In this document: in pieces, positions 25,984 through 37,078 of the stretch
How the letters are laid out: each line of letters begins with the position of its first letter
Numbering within the stretch: position 1 is the stretch's first letter
Source: Squalus acanthias
Taxonomy: Eukaryota
Reading direction: 5' to 3'
Assembly: GCA_030390025.1 (NCBI GenBank)
Contig: JASTWF010000035.1
Location: 3,224,001-3,288,000, forward strand
DNA length: 64,000 bases
Position numbers and translations under genes: made by a program
Notes under the pieces: model-generated
Seen by the model: the letters and a program-made list of their open reading frames with translations, nothing else
Told to the model about the DNA's origin: nothing
The model's database searches: none

Positions 25984-26440
25984 CAGCGAGAGAGAGGGAG
26001 AGAGAGAGAGAGGGACAGCGAGAGAGAGAGAGGGGGACAGCGAGAGAGAGAGAGAAAGGAACAGCGAGAGAGAGGGAGAGGGACAGCGAGAGAGAAAGAG
26101 AGAGAGAGAGAGGGGGACAGCGAGAGAGAGGGAGGGTGAGAGAGAGAGAGAGAGAGAGAGAGGGACAGCGAGAGAGAGAGAGAGACAGAGGGACAGAGAG
26201 AGAGAGAGAGGGACAGCGAGAGAGAGAGAGGGACAGCGAGAGAGACAGAGAGAGAGATGGACAGCGAGAGATGGAGTGAGAGAGAGGAGAGAGCGAGAGA
26301 GAGGGGGACAGCGAGAGAGAGAGAGAAAGGGACAGCGAGAGAGAGAGAGAGAGAGGGGGACTGCGAAAGAGAGAGAGAGAGAGGGGGACAGCGAGAGAGA
26401 GAGAGAGTGACAGCGAGAGAGAGAGAGAGAGAGGGCCAGC

Positions 26441-26471
<31 letters not shown>

Positions 26472-26557
26472 AGAGAGAGAGAGAGAGGGACAGCGAGAGA
26501 GAGAGAGAGAGGGACAGCGAGAGAGAGAGAGAGGGACAGCGAGAGAGAGAGAGAGAG

Positions 26558-26589
<32 letters not shown>

Positions 26590-27357
26590 GGACTGCAAGA
26601 AAAAGAGAGAGAGAGAGAGAGGGGGACAGCAAGAGAGAGGGAGGGAGAGAGAGGGAGGGAGAGAGAGAGACACACAGAGGGAGGGAGAGAGAGAGAGAGA
26701 GGGAGGGAGAGAGAGAGGGGGACAGCGAGAGAGAGAGAGAGAGAGAAAGGGACAGCGAGAGAGAGGAGAGAGAGAGAGGGGGGGGACAGAGAGAGAGAGA
26801 GAGGGACAGCGAGAGAGAGAGAGAGAGACAGCGAGAGAGAGAGGGAGGGACAGTGAGAGAGAGAGAGGGGGGACAGCGAGAGAGAGGAGAGAGAGAGAGA
26901 TGGACAGCGAGAGAGAGAGAGAGAGAAAGAGACAGCGAGAGAGAGAGAGGGAGAGGGACAGCGAGAGAGAGAGAGAGAGAAAGGGACAGAGAGAGAGAGA
27001 GGGACAGTGAGAGAGAGAGAGAGACAGCGAGAGAGAGAGAGACAGCGAGAGAGAGACAGCGAGAGAGAGAGAGAGAGAGGGACAGCGAGAGAGAGAGAGA
27101 GAGGGACAGCGAGAGAGAGGGAGAGGGACAGTGAGAGAGAGAGAGAGGGACAGCAAGAGAGAGAGAGAGACAGCGAGAGAGAGGGAGGGACAGTGAGAGA
27201 GGGGGACAGCGAGAGAGAGGGAGGGAGGGGGGACAGCGAGAGAGAGAGAGAGAGAGAGAGGGGGAGGGACAGCGAGAAAGAGAGAGAGAGAGAGGGACAG
27301 CGAGAGAGAGAGAGAGGGACAGCGAGAGAGAGAGAGAGGGACAGCGAGAGAGAGAGA

Positions 27358-30300
27358 GAGTGCAGTTTGTCACGGAGTGCAGATCGGAACAGAGTGTTAA
27401 GCTGCGAGCTTGGTGAGTGAAGGAGTAAATCTTAAAGGTTAATCTCTTATTTTTATAAATTCTAGTCTTGTGTGCTTGCAATTAGCATTTAAATTTACTG
27501 TTTCAAGTTTCTTCCAGGCTTGGGCAGGGCTAAGCAAACTTTGTGATGGAGAGCAGGTGAGAGTAATTAATTAATTAAGTGGTCTAATCTGGTTCTGCAA
27601 CTGCCAGAGAGCTCACTTATTTAAATCTCAGCAGTATAAATAAGGGAGGCTAGAGTGCAGTTTGTCACAGAGTGCACATTGGAAGTGAGTGAGTGAGTGA
27701 GTGAGTGAGTGAGTGAGTGAGTGAGTGAGTGAGTGAGTGAGTGAGTGAGTGAGTGAGTGAGTGAGTGAGTGAGTGAGTGAGTGAGTGAGTGAGTGAGTGA
27801 GTGAGTGAGTGAGTGAGTGAGTGAGTGAGTGAGTGAGTGAGTGAGTGAGTGAGTGAGTGAGTCAGCTTCCAGCTGAACAGGAGTTAAAAAGCTGCACAAG
27901 AGGGGACAGAGAACCAGCGGTGAGTATTTCTACATTCCAGTTATTAAAGTAAGGTCTCTAGTTTAGAGTAAGTAGTGTTTAAAGGGAAGTAAGGTCCCTA
28001 GTGTATTTAATATTGTTTAATTTAAAGGGAGTAAATTAAGGGTAGGACATGGCAGGGCAGCTCGGCAGTGTGGAGTGCTCCTCCTGTGCTATGTTGGAAG
28101 GCAGGGACACTTTAGGTGTCCAGGGCGAACACATGTGCAGGAAGTGTCTCCAGCTGCAGCTACTCAAAATCTGCGTTTCGGAGCTGGAGCTGTGGCTGGA
28201 GTCACTGTAGAGCATCCGCGAAACTGAGATCTTTGTTGATAGCACGTTTAACAAGGTGGTCACACCGCAGGTAAAGAGTGCACAGGCAGACAGGGAATGG
28301 GTGACCACCAGACAGAGTAAAAGAACTAGGAAAGTAGTGCAGAAGTATCATTAGTATCATTAGGGGGATAGATAGGGTTCTTTGCAGCCAAGAGCGAGAG
28401 TCCCGAAGGCTGTGTTGCCTGCCTGGTGCCAGGGTTAAGGACATCTCCTCTGGGCTGGAGAGAAACTTGGAGTGGGAGGGGGAGGATCCAGTTGCCGTGG
28501 TCCATGTTGGTACCAATGACATAGATAGGACAAGGAAAGAGGTTCTGCTGAGGGAGTTTGAGCAGCTAGGGGCCAAATTAAAAAGCAGAACCTCGAGGGT
28601 AATAATCTCTGGATTACTACCTGAGCCATGAGCAAATTTGGCTAGGGTAAATAAAATCAGGGAGTTGAATGCGTGGCTCAAAGACTGGAGTGGGAAAAAT
28701 GGGTTTTGCTTCTTGGGACACTGGCACCAGTACTGGGGCAGGAGAGAGCTGTTCCGTTGGGACGGACTTCACTTGGCCAGTGCTGGGACTAGTGTCCTGG
28801 CGAATCGAATAACTAGGGCTGTGGAGTGGGCTTTAAACTAATTAGTGGGGGGAGGTTTCAAGAGAGCAAAAAATAAAAATGACAACAGAGAGGGTCATAG
28901 ACATAGGTAGCAGTAGGGGAATCACAAATCAGAGCGTGGCAGGAAGGGACAGAGTGTGTGGAGTAAAAGGTAAAGTGGTAAAAAGTGAAAAAGCAGGAAC
29001 TAAGTGCCACAAAGCATATTTGAAAGTTCTCTATCTGAATGCACGTAGCATTCGTAACAAAATAGACGAGTTAATGGCACAAATAACTACATATGGTTAT
29101 GATATTGTGGCCATTACAGAAACATGGCTGCAGGGTGACAATGCCTGGGAATTAAACATACCAGGTTATTTAATGATCAGGAAGGACAGGCAGGAAGGAA
29201 GGGGAGGTGGGGTGGCTATGTTAATAAAGGAAGGAATCACTGTAATACAGAGTAATGATATTGGGTCAAAAAATCATGATAATGAAACAGTTTGGGTGGA
29301 GATAAGGAATAATAAGGGGAAAAAAACACTAGTGGGCGTAGTCTATAGGCCTCCGAACAGTTGCAACTCTGTTGGACAGAGTATCAATCAGGAAATAGTT
29401 GAGGCATGTAATAAGGGAACATCTATAATTATGGGGGATTTTAACTATCCTATTAATTGGACAAATCAAATGGGGCAGGGCTGCCTTGAGGATGAGTTCA
29501 TTGAGTGTATTAGGGATGGGTTTCTTGAGCAGTATGTAACTGAACCGACCAGGGGGCAAGCAACCTTAGATCTGGTCCTGTGTAACGAGACAGGATTAAT
29601 TAAAAATGTCCTAGTAAAGGATCCCCTTGGAATGAGTGACCATAACATGGTTGAATTCCATATTCAATTAGAGGGTGAGAAGGTTGGATCTCAAACAAGC
29701 GTGCTAAGCTTCAATAAAGGAGACTATGAAGGGATGCGAGCGGAATTGAGTAGAGTGGATTGGGAAAATAGATTAAAGGGTAAGACGACACATGATCAGT
29801 GGTGTACATTCAAGGAGTTATTTTACAACTTCCAAAAAAAATATATTCCACTGAAAAGAAAAGGGTGTAAAAGAAAGGACAGTCATCCGTGGCTAAGTAA
29901 AGAAATTAAGTATTCGACTAAAAACAAGGGCATATAAGGTAGCGAAATCTAGTGGGAGGACAGAGGATTGGGAAAACTTTAAAAGGCAGCAAAAAATAAC
30001 AAAGATTGATTAAGAAAGGGAAGATAGATTATGAAAGTAAATTAGCAAAAAATATAAAAACAGATCGTAAGAGTTTTTATAGTTATATAAAAAGAAAAAG
30101 GGTGGCTAAAGTAAATGTTGGTCCCTTAGAGGATGAGACCGGGAAATTAATGGTGGGAAATATGGAGATGGCAAAAACACTGAATGAATATTTTGTATCA
30201 GTCTTTACAGTAGAGGACACTAAGAATATCCCAACACTGGACAAACAGGGGGCTATAGGGGGAGAGGAGCTAAACACGATCAAAATCACTAAGGAAGTGG

Positions 30301-32048
30301 TACTCGGTAAAATAATGGGACTCAAGGCGGATAAATCACCTGGACCTGATGGCTTACATCCTAGAGTCTTGAAGGAAGTGGCGGTAGGGATTGTAGATGC
30401 ATTGGTAATTTTTCAAAACTCCCTGGATTCCGCTAAGGTCCCGGCAGACTGGAAAACTGCTAATGTAACACCCTTATTTAAAAAGGGCAGTAGACAGAAG
30501 GCTGGTAACTATAGACCGGTTAGCCTAACATCTGTGGTAGGTAAAATTTTGGAGTCCATTATTAAGGAAACAGTAACAGGACATTTGGATAATCATAATT
30601 TAATAGGACAAAGTCAGCATGGTTTTACGAAGGGGAAGTCATGTTTGACAAATTTGCTGGAGTTCTTTGAGGAAGTAACATATAGAGTGGATAAAGGGGA
30701 ACCAGTGGACGTAGTGTATTTAGACTTCCAAAAGGCATTTGACAAGGTGCCACACAAGATTATTGCTTAAGGTAAAAAATCACGGGATTGGGGGTAATAT
30801 TCTGGCATGGATAGAGGATTGGCTATCTAACAGAAAGCAAAGAGTTGGGATAAATGGTTAATTCTCAGACTGGCAATCAGTAACTAGTGGTGTTCCACAG
30901 GGGTCAGTGCTGGGTCCCCAACTCTTTACAATCTATATTAACGATTTGGAGGAAGGGACCAAGTGTAACATATCAAAATTTGCAGATGATACAAAGATGG
31001 GAGGGAAAGTAGTGAGTGAGGAGGACATAAAAAAACCTGCAAGGGGACATAGACAGGCTAAGTAAGTGGGCAGAGATTTGGCAGATGGAATACAACACTG
31101 GAAAGTGTGAGGTGATGCACTTTGGCAGGAAAAATCCTAGAGCAATTTATTATCTTAATGGCAAGAAACTGGAGAGTACTGAAGTGCAAAGGGATCTGGG
31201 GGTCCTGGTGCACGAAACTCAAAAGGTTAGTATGCAGGTGCAGCAAGTGATTAAGAAGGCAAATGGAATGTTGGCTTTCATTGCTAGGGGGATAGAATGT
31301 AAAAATAGGGAGGTATTGCTTCAGTTGTACAAGGTATTGGTGAGACCGCACCTGGAATACTGCATACAGTTTTGGTGTCCTTACTTAAGGAAAGACATCC
31401 TTGCTCTCGAGGCAGTGCAAAAAAGGTTCACTCGGTTAATCCCGGGGATGAGGGGGTGGTCATATGAGGAGAGGTTGGGTAGATTGGGACTCTACTCATT
31501 GGAGTTCAGAAGAATGAGAGGCGATCTTATTGAAACATATAAGATTGTGAAGGGGTTGGATCGGGTGGATGCGGGGAGGATGTTCCCGATGACGGGTGAG
31601 ACTAGAACTAGGGGACATAGTCTTAGAATAAGGGGCTGCTCTTTCAAAACTGAGATGAGGAGGAACTACTTCACTCAGAGGGTGGTAGGTCCATGGAATA
31701 TGCTGCCACAAAAAGCTGTAGAAGCTACATCATTAAATAAATTTAAAACAGAAATAGACAGTTTCCTAGAAGTAAAGGGCATTAAGGGTTACGGGGAGCG
31801 GGCAGGAATTTGGACATGAGTCTAGGTTCGGATCGGTCATGGCCCTGTGGGTAGTGGAGCGGGCCCAGGGACCGTGTAGCCTGATTCTGCTCCTATTTCG
31901 TGTGTGCAATTCTGTTAGATGCAGGAGATGGTTCTGTGATCGATAGTAGATTGGTGATTAGGATCAGATCAGCCATGATCTTATTGAATGGCGGAGCAGG
32001 CTCGAGGGGCCGATTGGCCTACTCCTGCTCCTATTTCTTATGTTCTTA
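27358..32048 (+). mobile_element. Near full-length CR1 LINE (5' UTR, ORF1 ~28049-28841, ORF2 ~28879-31819, 3' UTR), inactivated
   Basis: ORF1 begins MAGQLGSVECSSC..HMCRKCLQLQLL (CxxC/CxxC plus leucine zipper) and has HVGTND..DGLH esterase motifs, a stop and an internal deletion. ORF2 APE-RT is broken into several frames. The tail is TTCTTATG. Confidence 0.93.
27684..27862. repeat. (GAGT)n tetranucleotide microsatellite, about 44 perfect units
   Basis: Directly visible. It replaces a unique segment present in the homologous copy at ~213-290(-). Confidence 0.98.
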
Positions 32049-35000
32049 AGTCCCCTGGGTCCATCTTCCTCGCTGACAGCTTTTCTGTTTTGGATACTGA
32101 TGGGGGAGATGGTTTCTCAGGGGAATGCAGCAAGAGCCAAGTCTGTGGCACTACGAGTGGCTCAGCTGCACAGGAGGGGAGGAAAAAGAGTGGGAGAACA
32201 ATAGTGATAGGGGATTCTATCGTAAGGGGAACAGATAGATGTTTCTGTGGCTGCAGACGTGACTCCAGGATGGTAAGTTGCCTCCCTGGTGCCAGGGTCA
32301 AGAATGTCACTGAATGGCTGCAGGGCATTCTGAAGGGGGAGGGCGAATAGTCAGAGGTCGTGGTTCACATTGGTACCAACGACATGGGTAGAAAGAGGGA
32401 TGAGGTCCTGCAACAAGAATTTAGGGAGCTAGGTAGCAGATTAAAAAGCAGGACCTCAAAGGTTGTAATCTCTGGATTACTCCTGGTGCCACGTGCTAGT
32501 GAGTATAGGAATAGGAGGATAGAGCAGATGAATGCGTGGCTAAAGAGTTGGTGCAGGAGGGAGGGCTTTAGTTTCCTTGATCACTGGGTCTGCTTCTGGG
32601 GAAGGTGGGACCTGTACAAGTCGGATGGGTTGCACCTGAACCAGAACGGGACCAACATCCTTGCGGGGAGGTTGCTAGTAGTGTTGGGGTGGGGGGGGGG
32701 GCGGCGTTTAAATTAACTTGGCAGGGGGATGGGATATGGAGTGAAGCTATAGTAGGGGGTGATGCACAGCCAAATATAGAGGAAAAAAACTAGTCAGCCT
32801 GGAAGGCAGAGCAAATATGTAACGGCACAAGGGAGTATGGCAAGGCTGGATGGCATTTATTTTAATGCAAGGAGTCTTGCGAGTAAGGCAGATGAATTGA
32901 AGGTGTTGATGAACACATGGGAGTATGATATTGTTGCTATCACAGAGACATGGTTGAGGGAGGGGCAGGACTGGCAGCTCAATATTCCAGGGTATAGAAT
33001 CTTCAGGCAAGACAGAGGGGGGTGTAAAAGAGGAGGGGGTGTTGCAATATTAATCAAGGAGTCAATTACTGCTGTAAGGAGGGATGATATCTTAGCAGGT
33101 TCCTCTAATGAGGCCATATGGGTAGAACTTAAAGAAAAAGGGGGCAAGCACTTTGCTGGGAGTGTACTATAGGCCCCAAACAGTCAGGGGGAGATAGAGG
33201 AACAGATATGTAGGCAAATCTCAGAGGTGTAGAAATAATAGTAGGGGATTTCAACTTCCCCAATATTAACTGGGATAATCAGAGTGTGAAAGGCTTAGAG
33301 GGTGCGGAATTCTTAAAGAGCATCCAGGAGAGCTTTTTGAGCCAGCATGTTGGAAGTCCTACAAGAGAGGGGGTGGTACTGGACCTAATTCTAGGGAATG
33401 TAGCCGGGCAAGTGGTAGAAGTGTTAGTAGGAGAGCATTTTGGTGACAGTGACCATAATTTGGTGAGATTTAAGGTAGTCATGGAAAAGGACAAAGATGG
33501 ACCGTAAATAAAGATTCTAAATTGGGGGAAGGCCGATTTTAATATGATCAGGCAGGATCTGGCCAAAGTGGACTGGGATCAGCTACTTGTAGGAAAATCC
33601 ACATCAGAGCAGTGGGAGTCTTACAGAAAGGAAATAGAGAGAGTACAACGCCAACATGTTCACGTAAAGGTCAAGGGTGGGACCAACAAGCCCAAGGAAC
33701 CCTGGATGTCAAGGGATATACGAGAATGGATTAGGGAAAAAAAGGGAGGCTTTTGGCAGATACAAAGGACTAAAAACAGTGGAAGCCCTAGAGGAGTATA
33801 GAAAGTGCAGGGGGGTACTTAAAAAAGAAATTAGGAGAGCGAAGAGGGGGCATGAAATAACACTGGCGGGCAAAATAAAGGAAAATCCCAAGGTGTTTTT
33901 TAAGTATATTCAGGGTAAGAGTAGGGCCCATTAGGGACCAAAGTGGCAATCTGTGTGTAGAGCCAGAAGATGTAGGTGGGGTTTTAAATGAATATTTTGC
34001 ATCTGTGTTCACTATGGAGAAGGACGATGTAGGCATAGAAATCAGGCAGGGGGACTGTGATATACTTGAACAAATTAGTATTGAGAGGGAGGAGGTACTA
34101 GCGGGCTTAAAAGTGGATAAATCCCCAGGCCCAGACAAGATGTATCCCAAGCTGCTGTGAGGCAAGGGAGGAGATTGCAGGGGCTCTGACACAAATTTTC
34201 AGAACCTCTCTGGCCACAGGGGAGGTGCCAGAGGACTGGAGGACAGCTAACGTAGTACCATTATTCAAGAAGGGTAATCGGGATAAACCAGGGAATTACA
34301 GGCCAGTGAGCCTAACATCAGTGGTAGGGAAATTATTGGAAAAAATTCTGAGGGACAGAATTAGTCTCCACTTGGAGAGGCAAGGATTAATCAAGGATAG
34401 TCAGCATGGCTTTGTCAGGGGGAGATCATGTCTGACCAATTTGATTGAATTTTTCGAGGGGGTGACTAGGTGTGTGGATGAGGGTAGTGCAGTTGATGTA
34501 GTCTACATGGACTTCAGTAAGGCTTTTGACAAAGTCCTGCATGGGAGACTGGTCAAGAAGGTAAGAGCCCATGGGATCCAGGGCAACTTGGCTCATTGGA
34601 TCCAAAATTGGCTTAGTGGCAGGAGGCAGAGGGTGATGGTCGAAGGATGTTTTTGTGACTGGAAACCTGTGTCCAGTGGTGTACCGCAGGGATCGGTGCT
34701 GGGTCCTTTGCTGTTTGTAGTGTACATTAATGATTTAGATATGAATGTAGGAGGTATGATCAGTAAGTTCGCAGATGACACGAAAATTGGTGGAGTGGTA
34801 AATAGCGAGGAGGGAAGCCTCAGGCTACAGGACGAAATAGACGGGTTGGTCAGAATAGTGGCAAATGGAATTTAACCCTGACAAGTGTGAGGTGATGCAT
34901 TTTGGGAGGACTAACAAGGCAAGGGAATACACAATGAATGGTAGGACCCTAGGAAGGACAGAGGAACCTTGGTGTGCATGTACATAGATCCCTGAAGGCA

Positions 35001-35658
35001 GCAGGACAGGTAGATATGGTGGTTAAGAAGGCATATGGGATACTTGCCTTCATTAGCTGAGGCATAGAATATAAGAGCAGGGAGGTTATGATGGAGCTGT
35101 ACAAAACGCTAGTTAGGCCACAGCTGGAATACTGTGTGCAGTTCTGGTCGCCACACTATAGGAAGGATGTGATTGCATTGGAGAGAGTGCAGAGGAGATT
35201 CACCAGGCTGTTACCTGGGCTGCAGCACTTCAGCTATGAAGAGAGACTGGACAAGCTGGGGTTGTTTTCCTTAGAGCAGAGAAGGCTGAGGGGGGACCTG
35301 ATTGAGGTGTACAAAATTATGAGGGGCGTAGATAGAAAGGAACTTTTCCCCTTAGTCGAGGGGTCAATAACCAGGGGGCATAGTTTCAAGGTCAGGGGCA
35401 GGAGGTTTAGAGGGGATTTGAGGAAAAACTTTTTCACCCAGAGGGTGGTTGGAATCTGGAACTCACTGCCTGAAAGGGTGGTAGAGGCAGGAACCCTCAC
35501 AACATTCAAGAAGCATTTGGATGAGCACTTGGTCCGTAGCCTTGTATGCTATGGCGTTTCAAGTGCTGGAAAATGGGATTAGAATAGACAGGGCTTGATG
35601 GCCGGCGTGGACACGATGGGCAGAAGGGCCTCTTTCTGTGCTGTATAACTCTATGACT
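32049..35658 (+). mobile_element. CR1 LINE from mid-ORF1 (esterase) through ORF2 to the 3' tail, with many disruptions
   Basis: GDSIVRG, HIGTND and DGLH; APE FNARS/YDIVAITETWL; RT 34225-35582; tail ACTCTATGACT. Confidence 0.93.
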
Positions 35659-36003
35659 CAGCGCGAGAGAGAGGGACAGCGAGAGAGAGACAGCGAGAGA
35701 CGGACAGTGCAAAAGAGAGGGAGGGAGAGCGAGAGAGGCACAGCGAGCGAGAGAGGCACAGCCAGAGAGGAACAGCGAGTGAGCGAGAGTATGTGACGGA
35801 AGATGCGGAGGGGGAGGGGAGCGACACGGAGAGGGGGACACACGGAGGGGAGAGACACGGAGTGGGGCATGGGGGAGGAACATGGAGGGGGAGAGAGACA
35901 GAAAGGGAGACAGACAAGGAATCAGAACAAATGTGTATGAGATAGATAGTGACAGAGGCAGAGAGATACAGTGATAGAGAGAGAGAGAAAGAGACAGAGT
36001 AAT
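35659..36003. repeat. Purine-rich tract, probably the distal end of the 11490-27357 array, displaced by two CR1 insertions
   Basis: It resumes with CAGCGCGAGAGAGAGGGACAGCGAGA right after the CR1 tail and decays into GA-rich unique sequence. Confidence 0.75.
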
Positions 36004-36093
36004 GACAAGAACTAGCTGCGCCTCTAGACAAGTTGTTCCAGTACAGCTGCAACACTGGCATCTACCCAACAAAATAGAATCATAGAATGGTTA

Positions 36094-37078
36094 CATAGAT
36101 ACATAGATACATAGAAGATAGGAGCAGGAGTAGGCCATCCGGCCCTTCGAGCCTGCTCCGCCATTTAATGAGATCATGGCTGATCCTCCAATTCAATATC
36201 CCGTCCCCGCCTTCTCTCCGTAACCCTTAACCCCTTTTGCCTGTAGAAATATATCTAATTCCCTCTTAAATATATTTAATGAGCTGGCGTACACTGCCCT
36301 CTGTGGCAATGAGTTCCACAGGTTCACCACCCTCTGAGTGAAGAAATTCCCCCTCATTTCTGTCCTAAATGGTTTAGCCCTTATCCTTAAATTATGTCCT
36401 CTAGTTCTGTTCTCACCCGCCAAGGGAAACATTCCTTCTGCATCTAGTCTGTCTAGACCTGTCAGAATTTTATACACTTCTATGAGGTCCCCTCTCAATC
36501 TTCTAAACTCCAGTGTGTACATCCCTAAACTACATAGTCTCTCCTCATAGGTCAATCCCGCCATTCCTGGTATCAGCCTGGTGAATCGCCGCTGCACCCC
36601 CTCCATGGCAAGAACATCTTTCCTCAGATGAGGCGACCAAAACTGTACACAGTACTCGAGGTGTGGTCTCACCAGTGCCCTGTACAGCTGCAGCAAGGTA
36701 TCCCTGTTCCTGTATTCCAACCCTTTTGCTATGAAGGCCAGCATACCGTTTGCCTTCTTGACCGCCTGTTGCACCTGCATGCTCGCCTTCAGTGACTGGT
36801 GTACAAGAACACCCAGGTCTCTCTGTACTTCCCCCTCTCCCAATTTATTGCCATTTAAATAATAATTTGCCCTCCCGTTCCTGCACCCAAGGTGGATAAC
36901 TTCGCACTTGTCCACATTATAGTGCATCTGCCATTTATCCGCCCAATCACCCAGTCTGTCCAAATCGCTCTGGAGCTTCCTGGTCTCCTCCTCTGAGCCC
37001 ACCCCCCCTCCTAGTTTAGTGTCGTCTGCAAATTTGGAAATGCTGCATCCGACTCCCTGATCCAGGTCATTAATGTAA
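36094..37078 (-). mobile_element. Young CR1 subfamily, 5'-truncated copy A, (CTATGTAT)n tail
   Basis: The open 269-aa ORF has the same translation as the end of 46374-48500. It is inserted in the tail of an older CR1. Confidence 0.95.

Larger units (their letters stand above)
11490..27357. repeat. Compound GA-rich array, unit GGGACAGC(GA)n, in four blocks (11490-13454, 14944-18020, 19510-22307, 23797-27357)
   Basis: Directly visible. The blocks are separated by three identical CR1 fragments. Confidence 0.97.

Noticed and set aside
2538..27481. Very long Ser/Leu- and Arg/Glu-rich ORFs (up to 1230 aa)
   Set aside because: They are translations of GA/CT repeats that lack stop codons and are open in most frames on both strands.
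28049..28841. SGNH esterase and zinc-finger ORFs as captured host genes (also 4561, 32049 and 56678)
   Set aside because: These are the established ORF1 architecture of vertebrate CR1 elements, and all copies here are disrupted.
35790..36072. Possible further RTKN2 exon in the remaining unique-looking patch
   Set aside because: There is no rhotekin-like translation or splice-site pair, and 36008-36071 is a scrap of the LINE RT at ~40144-40208.
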